Shown here: piece after piece, positions 10,452 to 19,001 of the stretch
How positions within the stretch are numbered: position 1 is the first letter of the stretch
Layout: the number at the start of each line of letters is the position of its first letter
Source of the DNA: Candidatus Latescibacterota bacterium
GTDB taxonomy: Bacteria; Latescibacterota; UBA2968; GCA-2709665
Assembly (NCBI GenBank): GCA_965208835.1
Contig: OZ242358.1
Span: forward strand, 960,001 to 1,024,000
DNA length: 64,000 nt
Direction of reading: 5' to 3'
Made by a program: the position numbers and the translations under genes
The notes under the pieces: model-generated
What the model was told of the DNA's origin: nothing
Seen by the model: the letters and a program-made list of their open reading frames with translations, nothing else
Database searches by the model: none

Positions 10452-10622
10452 CTACGGACGTTGTCCGATTCCTTGAATAAACACCCACAGAACTCTCCAT
10501 CCATGTTCTCTGCATGGTGGAAAGCGTTGTCCCTTTTCAAGGATGACTCGATCCTTGCAGGGGCATAGGCCGAACGCTCTGTAAATCCCCGTTGTCTGGC
10601 AGATTTGTCCGGTTTTTGACAT
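10452..10622 (-). CDS. YjzC-like small Cys-rich protein, copy 2 (56 aa; below ORF-track cutoff)
   Basis: MSKTGQICQTTGIYRAFGLCPCKDRVILEKGQRFPPCREHGWRVLWVFIQGIGQRP*. All Cys/His conserved with copy 1. Confidence 0.75.
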   Translation of the reverse strand: MSKTGQICQTTGIYRAFGLCPCKDRVILEKGQRFPPCREHGWRVLWVFIQGIGQRP

Positions 10623-10944
10623 CCTTAACAAGCAAAAGGGAACGGCAGGTCAACGGTTGATTTTGAGGTGGCCTTCATAAACGCGGTTGCCCTACCGCGT
10701 GGATTGATGTATCGCAGCGGCCTGGTAGCGATATGATTCCGTGTACCGGAGTTAAAGTCCCGGCGTAGCCTGCTTGTCGCCGATTCGACTGGACGGTACT
10801 GTCATAGACTCCTTCTGACCATTCATGCAGGTCCAGCGTCCGCTCGACGGAGTCAACATTGGTTTCGGTGTAACCGACCTTTCTTGCTGCTTTTAGGGCA
10901 AGACCGCGCCCTTCCCGACTATACCTGGCACTGCTGGCCGAAAT

Positions 10945-11127
10945 CTACAATTCCTCCCCCGGCCCCTCCGCCCAATCTTCGTACTTTGATCGCTTTGTCT
11001 TATGCCTGTCACATATCCGGTTCTCAGGTCCGGTACTCTTAAACATCCTCCCGCAGCTCAGGCACTTTCGCATCTTGCGTTTGCCGCCGTCAATGAAATC
11101 TCTGCCGCGCCAGGTCGGACGGTTCAT
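10945..11127 (-). CDS. Small zinc-finger-like hypothetical protein (CxxC...CxxH)
   Basis: RKCLSCGRMFKSTGPENRICDRH motif; AGGAA upstream of ATG. Confidence 0.6.
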   Translation of the reverse strand: MNRPTWRGRDFIDGGKRKMRKCLSCGRMFKSTGPENRICDRHKTKRSKYEDWAEGPGEEL

Positions 11128-11220
11128 AGCGAGGGTTCCTGAAAAAAGCTGACGATGTGTTGACGCGGCAATCGGCTCGTTCAGCGCTCGGTTTTACGTG
11201 CTTGTCAAGGCTACGCCAAT

Positions 11221-11289
11221 TTAACGATTCTTTGTTGAATCAGTGTTGAAATCTTGGACGTTTTTGATGATTTATCGATGAATTCTTGG
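11221..11289 (-). promoter_or_regulatory. AT-rich array of phased ~11-bp direct repeats (copy 2)
   Basis: Minus strand TCATCGATAAA TCATCAAAAAC GTCCAAGATT TCAACACTGAT TCAACAAAGAA TCGTTAA, followed by TTGACA. Confidence 0.55.
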
Positions 11290-11676
11290 GTATTTTACCA
11301 AAGTCAGGCTCCCAATCCGCGAGCTGCACGTTGATTTGGCGGGGGGCGTCTTGCATCATCGACGATTCAGGCAGAACGGAAGGGAATACGGGGAATGGAA
11401 GTCCCGCATGCAACTGACCGACGGAATTCCGGCAGGGTACAGACCGTTTGGAGGCAATTCTGCAATCGGACGACGGGCGGGCTCACTGTACCCATAGAGC
11501 GCTGACGCACTGATCGCCAACGACTGTGCGAAGGCGGAGGGACGCCCACGCGGTCACGCGGCTGCATCGCATCGCCGTGGACCGCGCTCGCTGAAGAGCT
11601 GGCGATGACTTCAGGCTGGCGCTGGAAGGACTTAAAGATGAAAGGGGCGGGATAAGACGATGAGGGTTGTGTAAAG

Positions 11677-11704
11677 GCGGGACAGACGTTTATGTCTGTC
11701 CCGC
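11677..11704 (-). terminator. Hairpin terminator candidate
   Basis: GCGGGACAGAC-6nt-GTCTGTCCCGC perfect 11-bp stem, followed by CTTT on the minus strand, downstream of 11837-12745. Confidence 0.55.
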
Positions 11705-11836
11705 ATTAATGCGCTTCCTGACATTCTGGACGATACTGACGGAGCGTGTCATTCTGTATTCTCCTCATTTCGTGGCAGCCCGTTTTTGATTTTTCTTCCC
11801 TCTTCCATATCCCCGTCTCTTCGGTTACTCTTCCTT

Positions 11837-12745
11837 CTACCTCTTCCTCTTTCCCTCCATCCCTACCACCGGAAACGACTCCGTGAATTTCTGAAACTCC
11901 ATCCACGCATGGTCCGCCGCGTACCCGTTCGGAACCGCATCGGTCTTTTCGCAACGTTTGTAGACCACGCGGACGTGAAGCGAGACCGGTTCGTCTATCT
12001 CTAGTCCGCACGTCTCCCACGCGAAATCCCACGCCGGGTTGCTCTGCCCCGGCAGCAGGGATTGCCCCGCGCCCGAAGGCGAGATGAAGAACCGGAAGCC
12101 TGGATAATCGTCAGCCATAATCTGGAACATCATCCCGCGGATCATCCCGAAATAGAACGGATAATCGAAGGTACGACCGGAATCCGAGTGGCTGAAGTTT
12201 CTCCGCCCGTCAAGTGACGCCGTGGCCGGCTCCTGTCCCCAGGGTTCCCGTTCGGCCGCGTCCAGACCGGTCGGGAAAACCATCGCGCCCTGCCCGTGGA
12301 CCGGATTGAAGTAGTGCGTCCACAGGCCCCTTTCGATAAAGTGAATGCCCTTTTCCGCCGGCGAGTTTACGTAACAGCACCAGCTGAATGACGCGCGATC
12401 CTGCGGCCGGTGCCCGGAGCGGGCGGTCGCCGTCATCTCATAGTCGATGTAGTGCGGCGCGACGAGGCGATAGATCCCCCGCGTTTCCACATAGTTGCTC
12501 GCCTCGCCCGCTTCCTTGTACAACTCGACCGACGATTCGCCTAACCGCCGAACCGAAGGCCGGGTACCCCTGTGGTGACCGAAAAGTAGAATCCCGTTGC
12601 CCTGAGACACGGCCGTATGCCTGTCTTTGATGGATGTCAGAAACCAGACGCCGCTGTGCTCGTGTCGTCCCGCGCCGTGGTCCGTATCGTCCCCCACAAC
12701 CGCCCGCAGCTCACCGGCTGATATGAAGTGACAATGTTCGCTCAC
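11837..12745 (-). CDS. Hypothetical protein (beta-rich, possibly mutarotase-like fold)
   Basis: 302-aa ORF, AAGGAG RBS before GTG; no motif I can name with confidence. Confidence 0.75.
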   Translation of the reverse strand: MSEHCHFISAGELRAVVGDDTDHGAGRHEHSGVWFLTSIKDRHTAVSQGNGILLFGHHRGTRPSVRRLGESSVELYKEAGEASNYVETRGIYRLVAPHYIDYEMTATARSGHRPQDRASFSWCCYVNSPAEKGIHFIERGLWTHYFNPVHGQGAMVFPTGLDAAEREPWGQEPATASLDGRRNFSHSDSGRTFDYPFYFGMIRGMMFQIMADDYPGFRFFISPSGAGQSLLPGQSNPAWDFAWETCGLEIDEPVSLHVRVVYKRCEKTDAVPNGYAADHAWMEFQKFTESFPVVGMEGKRKR

Positions 12746-12892
12746 GTCGTTCTCCTTGTTGGCGAAGGAAGGAAGAAGGAAGAGGAAAAGGCGGTTAAAG
12801 CGAGGCGCCGAATTTTTAAAATCGCTATTGCGCCTTTCGTTTCTGGATTACTCTCCCGTCTTACCGCTCAAAATTGGCGCCCTGGCAGAACC

Positions 12893-13112
12893 CTAAAACT
12901 CAAACGACACCGGGGCTCGCATACCTCTGTTCAGCGACCGCCAGGGCATGGTCCCTCTCGGACAGGGGTTTCCGCAGGCTAAGCATCGTGGTTTTCGTGT
13001 CACCGATCTTATCGGGCTCTCCGTCGGGGAGTTCTTCGGCGAACACGGACACGCTCGGCGCAAGGATATCCAAAAGCATGCTTGCAATAAGAAGAGGCGC
13101 GGTTGATTTCAT
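12893..13112 (-). pseudogene. Internally deleted, frameshifted remnant of the secreted paralog family
   Basis: Signal peptide MKSTAPLLIASMLL.. resembles those of the two upstream paralogs. A second frame ends RGMRAPVSFEF*, matching KGLRAALSFNF* of 14267-15391. Confidence 0.6.
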
Positions 13113-13137
13113 GGAATCTCCGAGGTTGAGTCTGGCA

Positions 13138-14052
13138 TTAATGTGCCAAATGGAGGAAGATTATCGTGCTCCTTAGCAGTTCCGAAGTACGTGCTCGCTG
13201 ATCCCTGGAGACGATGACGGTCTCAATATCGTCAAATGTTATTTCAAGTTTTTGCCGGCGTCCAAATGAGTTCTTTCCGCCGACAAGGGATTGAATCACG
13301 ATTCTATCGGCATACCTGTCGACGATCCTTCCAGCTGCCCTTCGTCCTGCGCCGCCGGAAGTGTAGTCGACGTGAACAAACAACCCTTCCTCAAGCATCG
13401 AAGGATTCAGGTCCCAACGCGACATTTGGACGATGCTGCTTTCGTTCCACTTTTGCCACCGCTCCATGGCCTGCGGGGAATTGGCAGATGCGAGTGTGTC
13501 GATCTCAGCGGCCGCAATCTTCGCCGTCTCAGTCTGCTCGGTCCCGGATTCGACCCAAATGCCATCCGGCGCTACCTCCAGGACCTTTCCGAATGACGCC
13601 CTCTTGAGACCCCGCCACGTATAGGCCGCGTGCACATACGATCCGGATGCAAGCTTAGTCAGGTCGAGATCTTTGCGGGACATGACGGTGATCTTCTCCG
13701 CGGCCAGCCGGGCATTCAGCCACGATTCGAATGAAAGCCGGTTTTCCGCGACGGCCAGAATGTCAATTTCGCCGAACGCTATTTTTCGCGTTTTCGATGG
13801 CGCGGCCTCGGATTCGATAGTGATACCGTCCGGTTCGATTTGCACAATTCGGCCCCACGCGGACGCTTCGATTCCTTCCGCCTTGTAAGCGGCGTATGCG
13901 TACAAACCCATCTTGAGCGTCGTGGGGTCCACTTCTCCGCGCGACATTACCATTACACCCTTAACCTCGGGCTTCTGTGCGGCGTGCGAGACGGGCAGAG
14001 CGGCAATGCTCGTCAGGATGGCTGAGATCATTGTCGGGGCAGTTAACTTCAT
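13138..14052 (-). CDS. Secreted hypothetical protein with three ~80-aa internal repeats
   Basis: Signal peptide; repeat VMSRxxLDxxxLxxGxYxHxxY..G..A.G.I....D.I.I...I....I..L; GAGGTG RBS. Confidence 0.8.
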   Translation of the reverse strand: MKLTAPTMISAILTSIAALPVSHAAQKPEVKGVMVMSRGEVDPTTLKMGLYAYAAYKAEGIEASAWGRIVQIEPDGITIESEAAPSKTRKIAFGEIDILAVAENRLSFESWLNARLAAEKITVMSRKDLDLTKLASGSYVHAAYTWRGLKRASFGKVLEVAPDGIWVESGTEQTETAKIAAAEIDTLASANSPQAMERWQKWNESSIVQMSRWDLNPSMLEEGLFVHVDYTSGGAGRRAAGRIVDRYADRIVIQSLVGGKNSFGRRQKLEITFDDIETVIVSRDQRARTSELLRSTIIFLHLAH

Positions 14053-14266
14053 AGATCCACCTCGTTGAAATAACGTCCGTTCAGTCCGTCTCTACCAGGG
14101 TACAAAGAACGAGGGTCAATGGAAGAGGAAAACGCGGTTCTGTCGAGGCGCAGGACGCGGGAGTTCTCTCTCACTCCTTTCGTTCTGGACTTCCCCCGCG
14201 TCCTGCATCCCACGTCTTGCCGCCTTTCGCTTTTTTAGTGACTCGCCTCCGTCTCCCCGGCAGACG

Positions 14267-15391
14267 CTAAAAGTTGAACGACAGCGCGGCTCGAAGTCCT
14301 TTATCCCTTGTGGGCGCGATGCTCAGATTGATCCGCGAAGGAGAAACTTCGACCCATTTTTCATTAATTGTCCTGGCGCCGGCCAGGGTGCCTGAGACTG
14401 TCGCGAGAGGCACCACCAGTACGGCGTAGAAGAATCGGTCGGCGCGATCCCTCTCTCCAACTTCCCCTCTTCGATCGTCGTCAAATACATCATATGGATA
14501 TATCAGAAGTGCAGCGCCAAGTCCGGCAATAGCCCCTATGGCCATGCCCTTGATCGTGTTTCGATGACGACCCATGCTGACTTCCAGATCTTTGACTAAA
14601 GCACGGGGGACCCGTTCGGTACCGCGTTCGGACAGGATCTCAAGCGTGTCCTGGACGGAGCCTGCGAACCGTCCGATCATCCATTCCGGCGATATCGATG
14701 GCGCCTTCAGCCGGACCCTGGGACCCTGCAGTTCACGCATGGACTCTCTGGCTGTCCGCCAACGATTCATGTCGTCGCGTTTGCGGGTTACAATGAGTCG
14801 TTCGATTTCGTCTGAGCGGATCGTCCATGGGACTCCGGATCTCCTGTCGGGTTTGATTGCGATATGATTCGTGCCTTTGCGCACGATCACTCCCGTAGCT
14901 GAGCGGTCGATCCCGGTGGACCGGTAATCGACGTGTGCGTGCCATCCGATTCTCAGCTCTTCGAAATCGAGTTTTTCACCGGACAACACCGTCATCGAGG
15001 TCGCTTGTACCTGCAACATCTCACGCCTGGCCATTCGCCACAGTTCGATCGCTCCAGGGTTGTCGGAGACGGCGAGAACGGAAATATCGTCAAACGCGAC
15101 CTCCCACCCCGTCCCTCCACCCGCCGCGATGACGACACGTTCCGAATCGCAGGAGAAAATCCGGCCCATCGCCGCACTTTCGGCTTCATTCAAATTGAAT
15201 ACCACGTACGCATACAATCCGGGCGCCAGCTTATTCAAATCAAGTTCCGTGCCGGGCATTACCGTAACCGCCTTCGCATGGAGTCTCTGAATGGCCGCTT
15301 CCGCAGCCGAATCCGGGGCCGCTTGAACAACGGACGGGATAATCGCACTAAACACCATTGTCGCGGTAAGGACGAGTGCGGCAAACTTCAC
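14267..15391 (-). CDS. Secreted/outer-membrane-associated hypothetical protein, paralog of 13138-14052
   Basis: Signal peptide, two copies of the same repeat, Gly-rich hydrophobic hairpin (GMAIGAIAGLGAA) and C-terminal aromatic strand SFNF. Confidence 0.8.
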   Translation of the reverse strand: MKFAALVLTATMVFSAIIPSVVQAAPDSAAEAAIQRLHAKAVTVMPGTELDLNKLAPGLYAYVVFNLNEAESAAMGRIFSCDSERVVIAAGGGTGWEVAFDDISVLAVSDNPGAIELWRMARREMLQVQATSMTVLSGEKLDFEELRIGWHAHVDYRSTGIDRSATGVIVRKGTNHIAIKPDRRSGVPWTIRSDEIERLIVTRKRDDMNRWRTARESMRELQGPRVRLKAPSISPEWMIGRFAGSVQDTLEILSERGTERVPRALVKDLEVSMGRHRNTIKGMAIGAIAGLGAALLIYPYDVFDDDRRGEVGERDRADRFFYAVLVVPLATVSGTLAGARTINEKWVEVSPSRINLSIAPTRDKGLRAALSFNF

Positions 15392-15454
15392 GATCTTCCT
15401 CCAGTGTCTTTCGGGAAACGAACCGATGTACCGATCAATGAATTCTTACGATGC

Positions 15455-16486
15455 TTACCCGTGGTGCAATGACGCTGTCGTCTCCACTCGTTCGAGACCA
15501 TCTTTCTCCTTCGGCGTCCTGAACCGGATCGTGCGTGACCCCAGAAGGAGCAGAAGCAGGCCGAACAGCATCCAGAAGATCTTCCGGATCCGCCGGACGA
15601 TGCCCACGGCCAGTCCGGTCCCCGGTTCCAGTCCCATCAGATGGAAGAGAAACACGTGTCCGCCTTCGAAGACCCCCATGCCGTAGGGGACAAATCCGAA
15701 AACCACATTGATCACCATCATCAGCGAGTGGAACAGGTAAACCGAAACCAGCGGCATCGGCTCGCCCAGGACATGCAGGATCACGTAGATCTCCAGCGTT
15801 CCGAGGCCCCATGTCATCAGGTGCATCCCCAGCAGGCCCGCCAGACGCCACCCGTTCAGCCGGTAGAACGCAGCCAGATTCCGATCGATTTCCCCCACCC
15901 GGTCGCGGTAGCGCGCCACAAACGTGATCCGCATTCTAACCAGCAGGTTCACAAGCCCCGTGAAGGGATTGCGTCGCTGTCTCACGACGGCCAGGACGAC
16001 GCCGACGATCGCGATTGTCAGTGCGGCAAATAGCGCCCAACGGATTTCCTCCGGAAATACGTAGCGGTGAAGGCCCGCCAGAACGCCGCCCAGAACGAAG
16101 AGAACACCGCTGACCATCTCGCCCGTCTTGGTGAGCACGAGAGACGACACCCCGGCGGTCACGCCCATTCTCTCACGCAGCATCATGACCTTGGCGACTT
16201 CCTTGCTGATCTGCGATGCCGGCATCACGTTGCCCAGGGCTTCGCCGACCAGTTTCACCCAGAGCAACGGTCTCATTCGAGGCCTTTCGGTCCCGCTGTT
16301 AAAACTCTCTCTCCAGGCGCAGACGTTGTTAATATAGGCCGCCAGGGTAATTCCAATAATTGGGACATAACCCCAGCCCATCATCACCACGTGCTGCCAC
16401 ACCGCCGGTTCACCGAGCTGGTGAAGCAGCACGCCGAGGCATGCCAGGCCCAGCAGCCAGAGCAGTATATAGGCTTCCTGTTTCAT
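15455..16486 (-). CDS. Lysylphosphatidylglycerol synthase TM-domain (flippase-like) protein
   Basis: Multi-TM; GEALGNVMPA and FVPYGMGVFEGG motifs, GIVRRIR; start at ATG 16486 after GAGGAG. Confidence 0.82.
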   Translation of the reverse strand: MKQEAYILLWLLGLACLGVLLHQLGEPAVWQHVVMMGWGYVPIIGITLAAYINNVCAWRESFNSGTERPRMRPLLWVKLVGEALGNVMPASQISKEVAKVMMLRERMGVTAGVSSLVLTKTGEMVSGVLFVLGGVLAGLHRYVFPEEIRWALFAALTIAIVGVVLAVVRQRRNPFTGLVNLLVRMRITFVARYRDRVGEIDRNLAAFYRLNGWRLAGLLGMHLMTWGLGTLEIYVILHVLGEPMPLVSVYLFHSLMMVINVVFGFVPYGMGVFEGGHVFLFHLMGLEPGTGLAVGIVRRIRKIFWMLFGLLLLLLGSRTIRFRTPKEKDGLERVETTASLHHG

Positions 16487-16511
16487 CGCGTACTCCTCGG
16501 ATACCGATCCG

Positions 16512-17159
16512 TTAGATGACAACCCTCTTTGCCGCCGTGATCACCGGAATTCCCCGTATCGCGCAAAGGGCGACGGTCAGGTAGGTGGCCGCGAGCGCGA
16601 CCGTCTCCACTCCCGATTCCAGCCCGGGCGCCAGGCTGGACGAGTGTTGTGCCGCGTTCAGGATAAACAACGCGACAAACGCGATGACCTTCGCAACGCC
16701 GTACGTCGCCCTGCTTGTGCGGGAGGCGACCAGGCCGTGACCGATGCGCGACCGCATCATCGTAGTCTCTCCAAATGCGGTCTGGCCCTGCGAGAGCGCG
16801 CAACTCCGAATGGCGTCCGTCACGAATCCCCTGCTGAGTACGACCAGGGGCACCCAGAGGGGGACCAGATGCAGCCACGCGAACACCACCCACCACACGT
16901 TCTCCGCAATCCGGTCCCCCACGATGTCGAGCAGGCCGCCCACATTGCTTTCGCATCCCAGCCGGCGCGCGGCGTACCCATCCAACCAGTCCATCAACAG
17001 AGCCCCGAACGCCAGGGGAACCGCAATCCAGGCGAGCACGGTATCTCCGGTGACCGCAAAGGCCGCCGCCAGAAACAGGCAGACGACCCGGAAGACGGTA
17101 ATCAGGTTTGCAACATGGCGTTGAAGGGTGGCTGCGAACGTCGATGTTTGTGTTGACAT
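16512..17159 (-). CDS. CDP-alcohol phosphatidyltransferase family protein (PgsA-like)
   Basis: ANLITVFR and DWLDGYAARRLGCESNVGGLLDIVGDR signature; start at ATG 17159 after AGGAGGAGGT. Confidence 0.92.
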   Translation of the reverse strand: MSTQTSTFAATLQRHVANLITVFRVVCLFLAAAFAVTGDTVLAWIAVPLAFGALLMDWLDGYAARRLGCESNVGGLLDIVGDRIAENVWWVVFAWLHLVPLWVPLVVLSRGFVTDAIRSCALSQGQTAFGETTMMRSRIGHGLVASRTSRATYGVAKVIAFVALFILNAAQHSSSLAPGLESGVETVALAATYLTVALCAIRGIPVITAAKRVVI

Positions 17160-17188
17160 CACCTCCTCCTTTCCTGCAGCACACTCTC

Positions 17189-17205
17189 CGCAAACCCCGT
17201 GCCAC
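17189..17205 (-). promoter_or_regulatory. Sigma-54 promoter
   Basis: Minus strand TGGCACGGGGTTTGC is an exact TGGCACG-N4-TTGC match, 30 nt upstream of the start codon. Confidence 0.85.
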
Positions 17206-17396
17206 AACCAATTGGGCCCAACAACGAGCCGATATCAGGGAAATCCGACTCCAAAAACGGATGACAGGTGCCATCCGAAACTTGCACCTGCAATACGCGG
17301 GTTGCATGCAAAACGCCGCTGGAAGAAAAAAACCGGAGACACGAGATGTGTCTCCGGACGGAGATCGCCAAAAGGCGGTGAGACGGTAGAAAAAAT

Positions 17397-17523
17397 GCGG
17401 GTAGAGGGAAGAGGGTAGACGGGAGAAGAAGCCCTTGCCGGTTTGTTCCTCCGACTTGCCTGCGGCAAAAAAGAATTCCTTTACGGCATCCGATCTCTCC
17501 CCTCTCCCGTCTCACGTCTTCCC
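17397..17523. repeat. Heptamer-armed palindromic intergenic element, copy A
   Basis: AGAGGGA AGAGGGT AGACGGG AGAAGAA ... TTGCCTGCGGCAA ... TCTCCCC TCTCCCG TCTCACG TCTTCCC; homologs at 21168 and 50993. Confidence 0.75.
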
Positions 17524-17603
17524 GGTTTTTCAAGGAACGCGCCGTAGGCAGGGAATTTGGGGAGAGGTGGATTTTGAATCTGGTTTCCGCTTGTTGCTGA
17601 GAG

Positions 17604-19001
17604 CTATCTGTATATCTCTGGATCGATCCCGAGTTCCCTGACTTTCTGCTGCAGCGCCTGGCGTTTCATGCCGATTGCCGGCGCGGTTCGACTCATATTG
17701 CCCTTGTGGTGTTCCAGCGCCGACCGGATGAAAGCGGCTTCGAAGGCCTGCACGGACTCCTGTTTTGCGACCTGAAACAATACGCCTTTGCGCCAGCCGG
17801 TGGCTCCGGCGCCCCGGGATTCCGCACCGTCCGCCCGGATTTCCTCTGGAAGCAGGTCTCCGCTCAGCACCGAACCTTCGGCGAAGATGACCGCACGCTC
17901 GACGGCGTGCATCAGTTCGCGAATATTGCCGGGCCAGGCGTAGGCCGCCAGATTTTTCATCGTATCGACCGGAACCTCCGTAACGGCTTTCCCGTGCGTT
18001 CGATTGCAGGAATCCAGATAGTGCCGGACAAGCAGGGGGATATCCTCGCGGCGGTCGCGCAGCGGGGGGAGGAAGATATCCACCACTTTCAGGCGGTAGT
18101 AAAGGTCCTCCCGGAATCTCCCCCGCGAGATCTCGTCGGGAAGGTCCCGATTGGTGGCGCTGATCATCCGTACGTCCACCGCCACCGTTTCCGAGCCGCC
18201 AAGCCGTTCGAATCTCTGCTCCTGGAGCACGCGCAACAGCTTCGCCTGGGTTTCGAGATGCATGTCCCCGATTTCATCCAGAAAGAGCGTTCCGCCGTCC
18301 GCGAGCTCGAATTTGCCCTGCCGCCTTGACGCAGCGCCGGTAAATGCGCCTTTCTCATGTCCGAACAGTTCGCTTTCGATCAACTCGGTGGGCAGAGCTG
18401 CGGCATTCACCGCGACAAACGGGCGGTCTTTTCGCCCGCCCTGTTCGTGAATCGCCCGCGCCACGAGTTCTTTGCCCGTCCCGCTTTCGCCGTTAATCAG
18501 CACGGCGGCGTCGGTCCCGGCCACCTTGCCGATCATGTCGCAGACACGATCCATGGCGAGGCTGCGGCCAATCAACGATCCGAAACCGGAGTGTCGACGG
18601 ATCTCGTCGCGAAGCGTTTCATTCTCCCGCCGCAAACGAACGGTCTCGAGCACATTCTGCACGAGGCATCGAAGTTCATCCACGTCGTAAGGCTTGCTCA
18701 CGTAGTCGTACGCGCCTGCCTTCATCGCATCCACGGCAATGCGCTCCGATCCGTACGCCGTCATCATGATGACCGGCGGCGGGTTTCCCTGTTCGGCCAA
18801 CTGCTTCACCAGCGTCAGGCCATCCACTCTGGGCATCTGGATATCGCAGATCACCAGATCCGGACCGCCGCGCGCGATTTCCTCAAGCGCTGCCGTTCCG
18901 TCTTCCGCTTCGACAACCTCGCATGACAGCGCCGCGAGCGCCCGCTTCAGACCTAGCCTCGCGGCCGGTTCATCGTCAACAACCAGAATCTTATGCCGCA
19001 T
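17604..19001 (-). CDS. NtrC/AtoC-family sigma-54-dependent response regulator
   Basis: KILVVDDE receiver, [23 protein letters not shown]-terminal HTH; start overlaps the kinase stop. Confidence 0.95.
   Translation of the reverse strand: MRHKILVVDDEPAARLGLKRALAALSCEVVEAEDGTAALEEIARGGPDLVICDIQMPRVDGLTLVKQLAEQGNPPPVIMMTAYGSERIAVDAMKAGAYDYVSKPYDVDELRCLVQNVLETVRLRRENETLRDEIRRHSGFGSLIGRSLAMDRVCDMIGKVAGTDAAVLINGESGTGKELVARAIHEQGGRKDRPFVAVNAAALPTELIESELFGHEKGAFTGAASRRQGKFELADGGTLFLDEIGDMHLETQAKLLRVLQEQRFERLGGSETVAVDVRMISATNRDLPDEISRGRFREDLYYRLKVVDIFLPPLRDRREDIPLLVRHYLDSCNRTHGKAVTEVPVDTMKNLAAYAWPGNIRELMHAVERAVIFAEGSVLSGDLLPEEIRADGAESRGAGATGWRKGVLFQVAKQESVQAFEAAFIRSALEHHKGNMSRTAPAIGMKRQALQQKVRELGIDPEIYR

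Noticed and set aside
10752-10805. 17-codon minus-strand ORF MTVPSSRIGDKQATPGL* after a strong AAGGAG
   Set aside because: Too short, ends in TAA, and no recognisable continuation; may be a remnant but cannot be supported.
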